The notes under the pieces are model-generated. The model did no database searches and was not told the origin of the DNA. It saw nothing but the letters and a program-made list of their open reading frames with translations. DNA of 44,035 nucleotides, taken from positions 37,461-81,495 of the forward strand of contig MU619352.1 in assembly GCA_025201805.1 (NCBI GenBank), given 5' to 3'. Below are positions 25,756 to 39,103 of this stretch, in pieces. The DNA is from Parasitella parasitica NRRL 2501 (lineage: Eukaryota; Fungi; Mucoromycota). Numbering within the stretch: position 1 is the stretch's first letter; each line of letters starts with the position of its first letter. The position numbers and the translations under genes are program-made.

Positions 25756-26967
25756 ATGTACACGAGTAAATATAACAACACTATGCCATCCTATCAACAA
25801 GAAATAACTCGAGGTAAGTCATGGGAGAAACAGAAAAAAAAAGTTGAATATATCACTCATTTTAAATTTGAATGTTGTAGGTCGTAAACGTCGAAATTCA
25901 GAAGATGAAGAGATGACAGATGCCTCTATAATAAAGCCAACAGCAGTTCGCCGTTCGTTCAAGTGTGTTAAACTATCAGAAAATAGCAAGAGACACCAAA
26001 AAAAGACGACTAGAGGTGCTTATTTAGGTAAGATAATTTTGTTTACGCAGTACAACAAATAATATTTACTAAACTCCTTTTTTTTTATTTAGATACATTG
26101 GAAAAAGATGCATTAATTAATATCATAACCTCATTGTTGAATTCACAACCTCAACTTCGACAAGATATCATGTACAATATTCCTGCACCCACCATCCTAT
26201 CAACCATGAATGTATTGATTGATATGGAAAGAAAGTTTTACAACAGTTTCCCATTTAACAGAAATGGGCCTGGTAGAGACGATTACACATTTTCAAGAGT
26301 TAGACATGTATTGTCTGATTTGATCGTAAGTTGTCTCTACTCTTCAATTTCTGAGCAGGCTAATATTGACTTTTTTTTTTTTTTTTTTTACTAAAGGATA
26401 CAATCACTCAATATGCAAATCACTTTACATCTGCTCAAGTTTTTCCAACAACATGCTTCACTTTTCTCGATCATGCTACCCAAATTGCTCATCGACTACC
26501 AACATGGGACAATGAAGGTAAACCCTTTCTTATCCAGTGAATTTGTTCTTGTGTATTTAAAGTATTTCTTCCTTAGCTAATAATAAATCGAAAAGAGACC
26601 TGTATCAAGATTTAAACGATTTTTGGAAGCATGCTATTCAGATTACATCGTCAAATTTACGCCAGGGAGAATGTTATAGTCCAGAATCAGTGAGTGAATG
26701 GGCTAAGAGGTAAGATACTACCATTGCGAAACTAGAGCGTATGCTAACTTTTGTTCAACTAGTCTCGCTCAGCATAATAGTTATACAAATGGTTACTTTA
26801 CTGAAGCTGTCCATGACTTCACTAGACAGTTAGGTTTCATGATTGGACTACCAGCAAACAACGAGATTCCAGAAGCTGCGAATGTTACATCAACAACACC
26901 CATCTGCCACCTTGCTCCATTGGATGCCACCTTAACCTCTGCCTCTGTCGTTGGAGCAAGAAGATAA
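25756..26967 (+). CDS. Cut8/Sts1 nuclear proteasome tether
   Basis: GRKRR NLS; LDTLEKDALINIITSLLNSQPQL...PAPT; SFPF...DDYTFSRVR; FTFLDHAT..AHRLPTWD. Six exons, stop TAA at 26965-26967. Confidence 0.8.
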
Positions 26968-26978
26968 ACCCCATATAT

Positions 26979-27060
26979 CCCTCCTTCCCTCCTTCGTTCC
27001 TTCTTTCCTTCTTTCCTTCTTTCCTTCTTTCCTTTACTGCTTCTTTCCTTTACTGTTTTC
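26979..27060. repeat. Polypyrimidine (TTCC/TTCT) low-complexity tract in the Cut8 3' UTR
   Basis: ccctccttccctccttcgttccttctttccttctttccttctttccttctttcc... Confidence 0.7.
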
Positions 27061-27302
27061 TTTACATTTCTACCTTTCATACATTTATTATAACTATTAT
27101 TAAACATTCACAAATACACAACACACACATATGTATACATTTTGATTAAACATTTTAAAATTTCAAGTTTTTTTGCTAAACAAATACTGTATGAGTGTGG
27201 CTTTTCATTAGTGTTCTGTATTATAAACGGTAAATCAAGACCAAAATTAGCTTTTTTTTCCTTTTTCAAGTTTTCACCCTTTTTCCTATTAACCATAAAG
27301 TC

Positions 27303-28820
27303 ATGTCAAGTAGCCATTCGCCGCCGAACTCGCCTGAAACATCTGCCAGACATCTTCGTCCGCCTTCAGCCGTTGTAGAAACATTGGGTGCTACAACTTC
27401 AGAAACAAAAGAAGGTTTACGCAAGATCAACAATTACTTGCTAAAGAAAGAAATCGGTCGAGGAGCCTTTGGCACAGTCCATCTCGGTATCGATGAAAAC
27501 ACAAACACGGAATATGCCATCAAGGAATTCAGTAAATCACGATTGAGAAAAAAGGAGCAAATGGATCTATTTCGCGGTGGTGGTTCTCGTGGAAGAGGTC
27601 GTAGTAGAATGATGGGTTTGGGTGTCAACAGAGGTGCTGCTGCTGGAGCTACTGCTAGTGGTGGTGGTTCGTCATCCAATCCTTTAGATTTAGTACGCGG
27701 CGAAATGGCTGTTTTAAAGAAACTAAATCATCCCCACATCGTTCGTTTATACGAAGTATTGGATGATCCATCAGGAGATTCTCTTTATATGGGTAAAAGA
27801 AAAGACACTCTTTACTGGAGATGGTTTGCTCATTATAGTTTATATCTCTCTATAGTATTTGAAATGATGCATAATGGAGTTTTAATGGAAATTGAACTTG
27901 ATCACGTTGCTCTACCTTATACTGAGGAAATGGCCAGAGGATACTTTAAAGAAATGATGCTTGGGATTGAATATTGTAAGTTGCTTTACTTGAGCAGAAG
28001 GTTAAGGTTACTCAAAAGAGGAGATTCTACCTATGTATAGTGCATGCAAACGACATTGTGCATAGAGACATTAAGCCTGATAATCTGCTACTATCCAAAG
28101 AAAATGTACTTAAGATTGTCGATTTTGGCGTTTCCGAAATGTTTGTAAAGGGCAATGACAAACTCAAGAAATCCGCCGGTAGCCCTGCTTTTATGGCTCC
28201 CGAGCTGTGCACAGCTAGACATGGTGAAGTATCTGGTAAAGCTACTGATATCTGGTCGATGGGTGTTACATTATACTGTATGATCTACGGTAAAACCCCT
28301 TTCACAAGTGGTAACTTGCTGGAGTTGTATGAAATGATCAAGGAAGCACCGTAAAGTACCTCCTTTATATTGTATCTCACCGAATATTAAGCATTATTTA
28401 TAGCATTGAATACGGTGGTGATCACAGTGATAATTTGCTTGACTTATTCCATAGAATACTCGACAGAAATCCAGATACACGTATTACCATGGAGGAACTT
28501 CGCAAGAATCCCTGGATCACTAACAATAACACTGAGACCATGCTTTCCGCCGGAGAAAACTGTGATATTGTGTCTGAACCTACTGAAGAAGAAATGAAGA
28601 ATGCTATCAAGAGCATTGCGAGTATTTTTGCAGTGGTAAGTCCATCGTTCAGGAAACGTTGAGCTCTTGACTTCTTATATTTATGGTTTAACAGATGAAG
28701 GCAGTGACTAAATTTAAGCGTCATTCTCGCTCCTTATCCCAGAAATCACTCAACCAAATTATGGACGAGGCGAAAAAAGAAGATGAGCTTACGAAAGCCA
28801 CTCAAAAACTACAAATTTAA
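27303..28820 (+). CDS. CaMKK-family Ser/Thr kinase (Ssp1/SAK1/CAMKK-like)
   Basis: INNYLLKKEIGRGAFGTV, AIKEF, R/G-rich insert after subdomain II, LYEVLDDP, HRDIKPDN, DFGVSE, GSPAFMAPE, C-tail PTEEEMKNAI...VMKAVTKFKR. Five exons. Confidence 0.9.
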
Positions 28821-28901
28821 ACTGGAATTTTAGTCACGAAATGCATTTCCTTCTTTTTTCACTTTTATATATACATAAACAAAATATAATACCATTCAAT
28901 A

Positions 28902-30105
28902 ATGCTGACAGAGAAAGATTTGGTGTTTCACCCATACGATAAAGCAATACTCAAAACTATAAAAGATTGCCCTGCCTCAACGATTAGAAAATTAGTTAGA
29001 TCTTGGCTCGGCACACCAGAGCTTCAGCCAGTCAATAAATTATGTCAATACAAAGATTATGTAGGATTGACCATCAAAGAAATTTATCCCAAGATTCAAG
29101 AAGATTGGGTAGGTAGAGAACGAGTACCAAATATCCAATATCACTCTCTTTAACATAAACAACTAGTCTGATGGACTTCGTGCTGTACAAATTGCCCAAA
29201 TAGAATTAAAGGCCATCGCTACTGACGAAAATCTTAAAAGAAAGTGGAAAGTGTTTCGAGCGTTGAAGGAAGACAAAGGAAGGTTGAATTTGGATAACGA
29301 TGCTGTTATTTTTCAAGAAACGTTTGATAGGTTCTTAGCACAAACATTTGAATGTGTAAGATTAGCCCTAGTTTCCCTTGACATACGAATGGTTTGATAC
29401 TCATATGCTTGTTTCCAGTACCTTTATACGATTCATGACAAGAAGACAGATTTGCATTGGATGCGTATACACATCACTTCAGAAATCAATGGAGTGAACC
29501 CTTATTCATCTCCAAAAACTGCCTTTTTGGCATTTTGCCCTCACACTGAATTTGTCATGCTCACAGGCAAATCTTTACCAATCAACCTAGATAATTATAT
29601 CAGAGAAGCCATTTTGGATACCTTCAGCGCAGATAAACTATTGATGCAGGTCATCCGTGGTCGAGCAGCAAAGCATTTAGAATATGTTGTTGAAACAAGG
29701 AAATCCAAAGGCGTCTTTTCAGAGCTACGCACCAATTTAAACTATTCAAATCCGTTGAGTGTTCGACAGGAACCAACGTTTGAGGACGAGGAAACCTACG
29801 TTGACAAAGGCGAACAGTCAAGACGTATCAAAGCAATAAACCAGGATGAAATTGATGCTCGGCTAAAGTCGATTGCAGAAAACTTTGCTCGCGATGAAAT
29901 GTTTGGAAAAACCGTTTTTTCGCGAGAAGTGTCAATGCCGATGCAAATGAAAGATGATGATGGCGATGATGATCTTCAGCCTGTTATCTATGATATTACC
30001 CTGAAAGGTGAAAATATTTCGAACGGGTTAAGAGCTATGATCAGTCATGGCCAAATCAAAACACCTATCCCAAAGTGGTTGGCGAAAATCGGAACATCGT
30101 ATTAG
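28902..30105 (+). CDS. CENPN: Kinetochore protein CENP-N/Chl4/Mis15 family
   Basis: ILKTIKDCP...LVRSWL; W|SDGLRAVQIAQIEL; RKWKVF; FQETFDRFL; HWMRIHI; AFCPHTEFV; C-terminal LKGENISNGLRAMISHGQIKTPIPKWL. These are co-linear with CENP-N motifs. Three exons. Confidence 0.8.
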
Positions 30106-32008
30106 CCGTTTTTTGGGCAATATTTAATAAATTACACTAGAAACATTTCGCATTTTCCTTCACTTAAATGCTTCGTAAGATAGGAAGGAAAGACCAGTTT
30201 TTACTTGACTATTTTGTTATCTAGTATTTAACTCCAAAGCGATAAGATCACAGAATTATGATACAGCTTTGATTTACTAGGTGATTATAGACCTGCTCTT
30301 TTCTCATTAGGCACTATATTATACGTGCTTGTTATATAGACATACAATTCAGAATAGAATAAGGGCTGATTTAAAGAAATACGAAAATGTAAATAAATAA
30401 TTTAAACGAGCTGTCTCACGAAAGGCAATGCTAATCAAAGAGATTTTTTTTTTGGAAGATTTTGAATACTTGAATTCAATAGGGATTGAATGGTTTGGTA
30501 GGATAGGTAACATTTGATGTATTTATATTGCAATCCCTACAAGTTCTTTCCAAATGACCTTATATTCCGCATGGAAAACAACCTTTCATAATTTCAAGCA
30601 GCTAGCTGACCTTCAGTAATATTTCTTATATATTTATAGTGGAATACGATGACTGCCATTATTTTGATTATACCATCATTTTGACACAGTCGCCATGGCC
30701 ATCCTTTCTGATCAGATCTGACGTGGCCGATAACATTCTATAATATATAGGAGTGTCTTGTATAAAAAACCTCTTCAACAGTTTCAGTTTGGGACATTAT
30801 TTTGATCCATTAAGCGACTTTGTGCTATCAACAGTGATGCCTAATTCGTGCCACTTGATCTATTTTTCCATACAGTTTTGCATAAAAATAAAATATCTAT
30901 CCAAAGCGATTGGCCAATAACAGTGATTTGTCTTGAACCACAATCAACTGGCAATTTTTCCTCCCTACGATAACAGGTTGATGTATCAATTTCCCAAATA
31001 CAATCCAGGAACTACCTCAGTAAATCATGTTTGTTTTTTCAACAACACGACATGTTTATGGGAAATAGATACTCTTATATCTCATCCTCCCACCTGTCCT
31101 CCTAGATTAACTAGTATATAAACCATCATATTTTTCATATAATAAACCATTTCTTTACCTGACTAATTCAGAACGGTTTTACTTGAATAATTTCTCGGGG
31201 TGACAAATGATGGGCCATCTAAAAGAGTTTTACTACTCCTCAAAAGCTATTATTCTTCAACAAAACAAAAAAACCATTCGATGTCTTATTTTTACTTTCT
31301 TCATATCTTGGAAAGATTGGATGCCAACTGTTCTTCACTACATCCAGATAAAAATTAAATAAATTGCTCAGTCCTCTGCAAAAAAAAAACATTTTCTCTT
31401 CATGTTCAGTTCAATTATTAGTTTGCAATAATTTTTTTTTTTTTGTGCTTTTATGTTGAATTGTCTTTGAGATGCTGCTCGGATATTTCAAGCAATTAAT
31501 TGTATGTTAGAAGCAATATAGATCTTTAGAGAACCTTATGTTTGTTTGTGACCTAAAGAATTCTAGGTGTAGTTATCAACACCCAATACCTAGAGTAAGT
31601 CATATTATACTCGAAGCAAAAAAAAATATGTCTTTTTTTTCTCTTCTCTTCTTTTATTGAAGGTAGCATAAGCTCCAATTTAATCATCTAAAGTTTAGTC
31701 TATAATATCGAAACCAACAAATGTACTTGGCTTCGAAAATTCAAATGATATCGGGAACAGAAGGATTCCCTAATGTTTAAATCAACTGCCCCCTCTCCAT
31801 GTGGAAAAAAAATGGCTATGAATTTAATCTCTCTTGCTTATAAGTATCGGATCTAACAAATTTTTACTTCGAGTATATGAAGCCCAATACTGGCACACAC
31901 TAAGGAACAGTCAATGTGACACAAGAAGCAGCATCGACAATAAAAATTACCCCACGGCTTCCTGACATTGACTAATTATTTTTGCAGTTTTTCCTTATTG
32001 AACAAAAC

Positions 32009-32607
32009 ATGTCAGGTGGCCAAAGACGACTTTCACTGCTTGCAAATCATTTGAACAGTAGTCGTGGCATTGCAACCAATGCAGCTTCAACAATCGCCAA
32101 CCACCCTTCGAAAGAAACATTCCGCAATCGACAAGATTACAAATACTATCTACCGATTCAAACAAGGTACACATAAAGTGTTTTATCAATAATCTAAAGC
32201 TGAGTAACTTTGTCATTAGATTCAGTGATTGTGATATGTATGCGCATATCAATAACAGTATTTACTACCATTACTTCGACACAATCATTAATGAGTACTT
32301 GATCAAGAAATGTGGATTAGATACAAGTAGTGATAACAAGACTAAGCCCATTGGATTGGTAGTAGCCAGCCAAGCCAACTTTTATGCTTCGGCTTCTTAC
32401 CCTAACCTGATTCATGCTGGATTGAGTATATCCAAGATTGGCAGATCGAGCGTTACTTACCGTGTAGGCATATTTGAGCAAGAGAATCCATTAGCTTGTG
32501 TTGTTGGAGGATTCACTCATGTTTTCGTGGACCCTGTTACTAGACGCCCCGTAACAGAACTGCCAACTGATTTCTTGAAAGGATTTGAACAATTACTTGT
32601 TAAGTAG
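32009..32607 (+). CDS. Hotdog-fold acyl-CoA thioesterase (4HBT/YbgC-like) with N-terminal PTS2
   Basis: IQTR|FSDCDMYAHINNSIYYHYFD, GRSSVTY, THVFVD. One intron at ~32167-32219. N-terminus MSGGQR-RLSLLANHL. Confidence 0.88.
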
Positions 32608-32734
32608 GGAATAAAAAGTTTTTATTAATTAATTATTCAAGTTAATTATTTGTTTGATTGTCTGGAAAGAATAAAATTACATGAAAAAAGACGAGAAGGT
32701 ATAATAAAATGAAATGATTGCTTAACGGACGAAA

Positions 32735-34142
32735 CTAAATTACTTTTTGCTGTATGAGGGCTTCTTTTCTTGATCTGGGCTACATATCACAAGTCGAAAG
32801 ACTTAGCCCTTGAAAATCACATCCGGTATAATGACCAACCTACCTTACTTTAGAATTCCTTTGGAATTCGTCGCTATCAACATCACTCTCATCTTCATCA
32901 TCACTGCGAGTATCATCGATTTCGTTACCAGTGAAGAGTTTTGCAATAACTTTAACAATCATAAGAAACCAGTAAAACATGATGAGGTTCAGTGCCAACA
33001 AGAGAGCAACGAAGCCTCTTTGAGTCTTGATGGTAAAGTATTTTCCCTGAGATGGGTTCCATTCCATATCGAAGTAACGTGCTGGTTCGACTGACAGTTC
33101 AGGGAGATTAAGCTTTCTTTTTTCATTGTAATAGTATACAACATTTACCTGCGACGCTCCAAGTAACTATTGAAAAGAAGATGTGGCGGGTAATTGGCCA
33201 TGAAATGGCAAAAAGACCAAATGCAATGTTGCAGACATTAGTGAACCCTAAGTATTTCAATATCTTGGCAAGCTAATGGATTAAATAGATTAGTACACAC
33301 TCAGGAGCAGGTTTCGGGTGGACTTACCGACAAAAAAATGTCGCAGAGATCCATACAACAAAGAACCGCATTTCCAACACGAGTAAGATTGGAAATGTAG
33401 CTTGTGCCTACCAATATAATAGTGATAATATGATGTGAAAGCATAGCAACATGGTCTTTTCTGCGCTTTTCAATGTGAAGGCCATAGATTTGCTGGATCC
33501 AGAATGCGAGCTGCATCAGATAGTACTTCTTCATGTCACTTGAAATCAATACATGAGGATAATCAATCCAGAATTGAGATGTATTGAACCAATGAGGACT
33601 ATTGTACATAATGTACTACAGTAAGATTTATGGTTAGTTTAGCTTGGCAGATGTTGTCATGCAAGCAGATCACACAAACCATGCCAGCAGAGCCAAAGAC
33701 AACATAATATGCAAGGATATAGCTTTGTTCTGCTACTCTTTGTCTTTTTGACGCTACTCCGATGTTGAAATAACTGGACAGAGGGAGGTAAATGTATTTG
33801 ATAAAGGCAGCGCGCAAAAAGGTAAACATGATAGTCCAGAAAAAGACAAAATACACATCTCCAAAGCCTTTATCATATTCGTTTGGGCCGACTTGATGCG
33901 AAACATATAAAAGTTGGCTTGCAAGAGGGTTCCCGAGCAAATGGTAAATGACAACAGATAACACAACAGAGCCAGATAATTCTAATTAAAACAAAGAATG
34001 TCGGTTGCTTGACCTAATGAAATAAGCTATACTAACCTGCTTCATATTTCAGAAATGTGTTTTTGATGCTACAAAGCTTAGGCGTAGATGGTAAAGGATG
34101 TTTCTGATCCGAAGTAGGAACAGGCTTGGTTTTTTGTTCCAT
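32735..34142 (-). CDS. Ceramide synthase (Lag1/Lac1, TLC domain)
   Basis: Lag1p motif EKRRKDHVAMLSHHIITIIL...GNAVLCCMDLCDIFLS; YYLMQLAFW; DDTRSDDED tail. ATG at 34142. The last small exon boundary is less certain. Confidence 0.92.
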
Positions 34143-35108
34143 TTATACGAATTGAAGTAGTTAGGATGAAAGAAAAATGAGATAAAGAAAGGCTTGGATC
34201 CTTTTTTTATAGGGAGAAATCGAGATGTGGTCCCCTAAAAAAACAAGGACCAATTTTTATTTCATGCTCTGTAAATTATCTCTTATTTATTAGTGCAATC
34301 TATACATACACTCCAGTTTGTGTATGACCTGCTATTATATACCCACATACAGCAAGCAGATCATTATACACATGTATCGATATATAAAAGCGACTTAATT
34401 GGACGGAACGGAATAGATTCATGAGGCAATTGTGTATCTTTTATGTTTACTAGTGTTTCATGTTGCAAGATAACACTATACTTTAATAACACAAAATTTG
34501 TTCCATTGACAAAGATCAATGGGATCATATCAATGCTGATTTGGTATAGATTGTTGCTATTTTACAATTATTGTGCCTGGTGTGATAAAACCGACAATCT
34601 CCTGTACAGGTATCCTACAACGGTGATCGTCTTTTGCAAATAAGACATCAATAATAGGCTGTGATAGTAGTGTAACCAATTACTGTCTTCCTTGTTTCAT
34701 TTAATGGCTAATACCATCCGAAAGTTACCAATTAAGCTTCTGTCGAGTAAATCATTCTTTGGATTGCTGAAGGCTTTTTCTACCAAAACCCAGGAGATGA
34801 GAATTGCTAGGGCTACATTTGTATAGCACTGAATCGTTCCTACGAAAAGTATTATCAGTCTGATGGGGTTGCCAGTAAGAAAAATAATTTCTCTAGTTAC
34901 AGAAAGCTTGTACAGAGCATTCAGTATTTCAAGTCATACTTTAAGTAAAATCTCTACTTGTATACAATGATACAGTACATTGAGAATCGTGATGTAGGAG
35001 CGTATTGTTGAAGGTCACGTACAACTGCACGCCGCAAATTTGGTTGCTATTAAAAAGCCTTTGGTTCCTTTGGATCCCGCGTTAATCACACTTTTTCTTT
35101 CAGACTGT

Positions 35109-38100
35109 ATGCAAAACTCACCGACAGCAACAAGAAGCTCTTTTGTTAGTCCTCGTACGTTCTTGCTGAAGCTACTCGAAACTGTCGTAAAAAACTAATG
35201 ACATTTTATCTAGAAGGAAAGCCGACGCCTTCAAGAGACTTGAACGTTTCTAATGGGAAGCGCTATAGATTGGATGATGGTGATACTGACCTCTTTGCTG
35301 CATCGCCTTTAATACCAAGAATATCTACTCGTGATTCTATCCTGTCTAGAACATCAACATTTAGTCATACCAACAATAGCAACAATCCCTTCAGCAGCAG
35401 ACGAGTTACATCAAGTCCACAGGAAGCTCGTCGTTTATCAACAATGTCATTCGACACCCAAGGATCTGTATCAAGCGCGAAACGATTAAATGTGCTTAGC
35501 AAATCACTGGACGATTTTGAGCTATTCTTCAAGCAGCAGCTTCGGTTGAGTAGTCATATGAAAAGAGGAGATATGATAGAATTGAATAAACAGTGCAAGC
35601 AGCGTATCACCTTACTAAAACAACAAATAAACCAAGTTTCTGAAGAAGATATCACATCTGAAGATGTCATGAAAGAAGCACAAGCCAGAATAACTGAAGT
35701 CTTCAAAGAGAGTGAAAACTGGAAAGGTCAAGCTTCCAATGCCACTCTTCATTTACGCGAACTGGAAAATAAAATGAACGATATGAGCGCATCGTACCAA
35801 GCTCGATTGAAGACACTTGTTGATGAATTGGAACAATCAAAGAAGCTACTTGAGAGATACGAAAATCAAGAGCTGAATGATGTGGATACAGAGCGAGTAA
35901 ACGAAAAAGCAAGCAAAGCGACACGTGAAGATGCGCAGAAACTATTGGATCTCGAGCTGGAAACCCTTAAATTGAAAAGGGATCTTCAGCAGCACCAAGC
36001 AGAGAAAAAAGAGCTTCAGTCGCAAGTCAAAGAATATTCAAACCAATTAATTGAAAGCGAGCAAAAGATACTCGAATGCCAAGCTACTTTGGAAAAGGCA
36101 GAGCTTCAAGCTACTCAGTTAGACAATGCCCTTCATTCTGAAATTGAAGAACTGGATAGATATAAGCAAGAGTTACAACAGGAAAAGTTAGCATCTAATA
36201 ATCTACAGAGTAAATTAAAAACAGCTGAAGAATCATATCAAAATCAGATCTCTATCAACAAACAGTTGAAGCTTGATTTACATGAAAGCGAATTGCAATC
36301 GAATGCCTATGCAGAAAAGATTGAAAAATTGACAGCAATCGATGCAGATAAAAAAGCACTCGAAATCAAACTTCAAAGCGCCACTAATCGCATTGAGTAT
36401 TTGGCACAAGATAACCATGACAGGGCTGATGAACTTGAAAGAGCTCAACATCGTATCCAAGTATTGGAAAATCAGCTGAATGAAAACTCATTTGAAACCA
36501 AAAAATTGCAGCATGCGTTGAACGAAAAAGAAGGGGATTTGACAGGCAAATTATCTCAAATCAGTAGCCGGTACAACGAAACTACCAGCCGCATAGAACA
36601 GCTCTCTGCGGATATAAAAGCAGAGCGTGCTTATGTAAAACAACTGAAAGATTATCTAGACAGTGAACGATCTGAAAAGGCTCAATTCAAAAATGACTTA
36701 ACGGCAGAACGGGCACTGGTCAAAACGCTTGAATTGGAACTGCAATCAGCCAATCACAAGCATAGAGAAGCTATCAACGGCGCTGAAAAAGAAATTCGCA
36801 ATTTAAAGCATGATGTGGACTTATTATCAGAAGAAAATCAGAAAATTCAGAGTGAATTAGACCTCGCTACAGCCCAACAATCTGACAGTGTTTCTAAAAT
36901 TACATCTGAACGTGATAGTTTGAAAAGACAGACAAAAGAAATGACTGCTAAGCTTAACGAGTTGTCCGAAGTGTGTGATAATGCAAAGAATGCGCAAGAT
37001 CAACTACAGGCACTGTTAGAAAATGAGCGTAACAAGTCCAACAAACTCAAATCTGATCTCGCTGAAGAGCAGTATGCTGTTATTCAATTGAAAGAAAATA
37101 TAGATGTTTTATCGGATAAAAAGTCTAGTCTGCAAAGACAATTAGATTTAGCAACAACACATCAATCGGAAAGCATTAGCAAAATAACTCAAGATCGCAA
37201 CAATCTTTTGGGTCAAGTGGATAGCTTGGTTCACCAATTAGAGGAAGCAAATGATAATATTAAGCAAATGTCGGTGCGCTTCAACCAGCTTCAGACCGCA
37301 TTTGATAGAGAGACTCTCAAAAATGAGCAACTATCAAAGAATTTGGCCACACAAAAAGACAGGATTGACGAGTATTCGGCTGATTTTGGAAAAGCTGTAG
37401 ATGATTTAAAACAAGTGCAACGTACGTTGGAAGCTTCAAGACTGGATAAGAGTGAATTAGAAAAGGAGCTTGAGCGAGCAAAACATCATATTCAAGTATT
37501 AGAAAACCAGACGAATGACTTTGGGAAAACTGTGAATGATTTGAAGCAAGTAACATGTACAATGGAATCTTTGAAACTTGAAAAGAATGAATTAGAAAAG
37601 GAACTTGACGCTATGAAGCAAGGCACTCGCCAGCAATCTGAAAGCCATGTTCAGCTTACAGCCGAGAGAAATAGTTTGAAGCGTAGATTAGTCGACCTGG
37701 AACATCAATTGGATATATTAAAGACATCTGAAAGTGAGCATGAACAAGAACTGTTGCAGGAGATCCAAAGCAAAATCTCTGATTTGCATCGTTATTCGGA
37801 GCAATTGAAACAATCAAAGCAGCGCATTGAAGAATTGAATCAGGACTTGGCTGACAAGAGCGCCCGCTTGGAAAGAGTTACCTCAGATCTTGAAAATGCT
37901 CGCCTCCAGTTGCAGCGCTCGAAGATGAATGAAGAAAGTATTGTGCAAACTAAATCTAATTTGACTCAACGTTTGGAGGAAACTGCAGCTAGTTTGAATC
38001 AAGTTGTTAAAGAAGCTGCAGCGAGAGATGTTGAAATTGCTAGGCTGGAATCTGTTCGTGTCGATACTCGCACTCAATTAGAAAATGCTCTTGCTCAACA

Positions 38101-38914
38101 CGCTAAACTAGAAGCCAGAATTGATCAACTTGAGGCTGATTTGAAGCAAAAAAACTCTGTACTCTCTGAATTCAACGAAGTCTCACAGGAGTTGCTTGAA
38201 GCTGCTGATTATGCACACAAACTTGAAGCAGTGATAAACAGAAAAGAAAAGCAACTAACCGAATTAGAACGAGAGGCACAATCACTAATTGCCGAAAGAG
38301 ACGAGGAACTGAAGCGAATAGAACACTCGACTTCGCAAAAGATAGATCAGTTACAAACTCGCATTGAAAGCCTGAGGAACAAGCTTGCATCAGCAGAAAA
38401 GGAACTGGAAGAAAAGATATTGGAGAACTCCAACCTTGAAAAGGCTAATACAGATGTAGAATTACTCTCTAAAAATTTGAAACAAGCATTATCGAAATGT
38501 GAGGCGGATATGGCTAGAAAAACACGAGACATGGATGATTTGCAGTACAAATATGAACACGAAAGGGATCTTGTTGACGTTTTAACTAATCAAAATGCCA
38601 AACTACAAGAAGAAACTAAACTTATGGAACATCAAGAAACTGAAATTGAAGCAAGAGCAAAGAAAATTGAAAAATTGGAGGATACGGTCAATAAGATTTT
38701 GTCTGATTTAGCTAGTGCAATGGAGAAAAAGAGAGTAACTGAAGAAAGGAGCAAGCACTTTGAAGAAATGGCTAGTAAAATCAAGGCTGAGGCACAAGAC
38801 AGAATACATGATCTGGAATTTAAATGCACGGAAGCTCAACGATCAATCGACGATAAAGAAAGAGATTTGCAGAACATCAGAAAATTGTTACGAGAAGCTT
38901 TACGGGAGCGATGA
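35109..38914 (+). CDS. Large coiled-coil protein (~1250 aa) with Ser/Arg-rich N-terminus; function unassigned
   Basis: Exon 1 MQNSPTATRSSFVSP, intron gtacgt...ctag, then a long ORF of continuous heptads rich in E/K/Q/L with almost no Pro/Gly. Internal duplications present. Confidence 0.85.
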
Positions 38915-39103
38915 GGTTTCTTCGATATCGTTTTGTATATATTCGTTTATTTTATTACTATACCGCTTTTTTCTTTAATAATATGCTGTTATCCGTTTCA
39001 AACCATGCTTTTTGTTCTGAACCCAGTTTTTGTGAAAGCCACTGGATTTTTTTTTTTAGCGTTTTCTTTCTTATTTTTTATTGTTTATTGAATCAAAAGA
39101 ATC

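Noticed and set aside
30960-31130. Minus-strand EVVPGLYLGN resembling a dual-specificity phosphatase start
   Set aside because: Immediately followed by stops and no HCxxGxxR motif; at most an unidentifiable decayed sequence.
9910-38914. Apparent cluster of mitotic/nuclear genes (dynein IC, NBS1, Cut8, CENP-N, coiled-coil)
   Set aside because: They are interspersed with unrelated metabolic genes and no shared motif was seen; compatible with chance.
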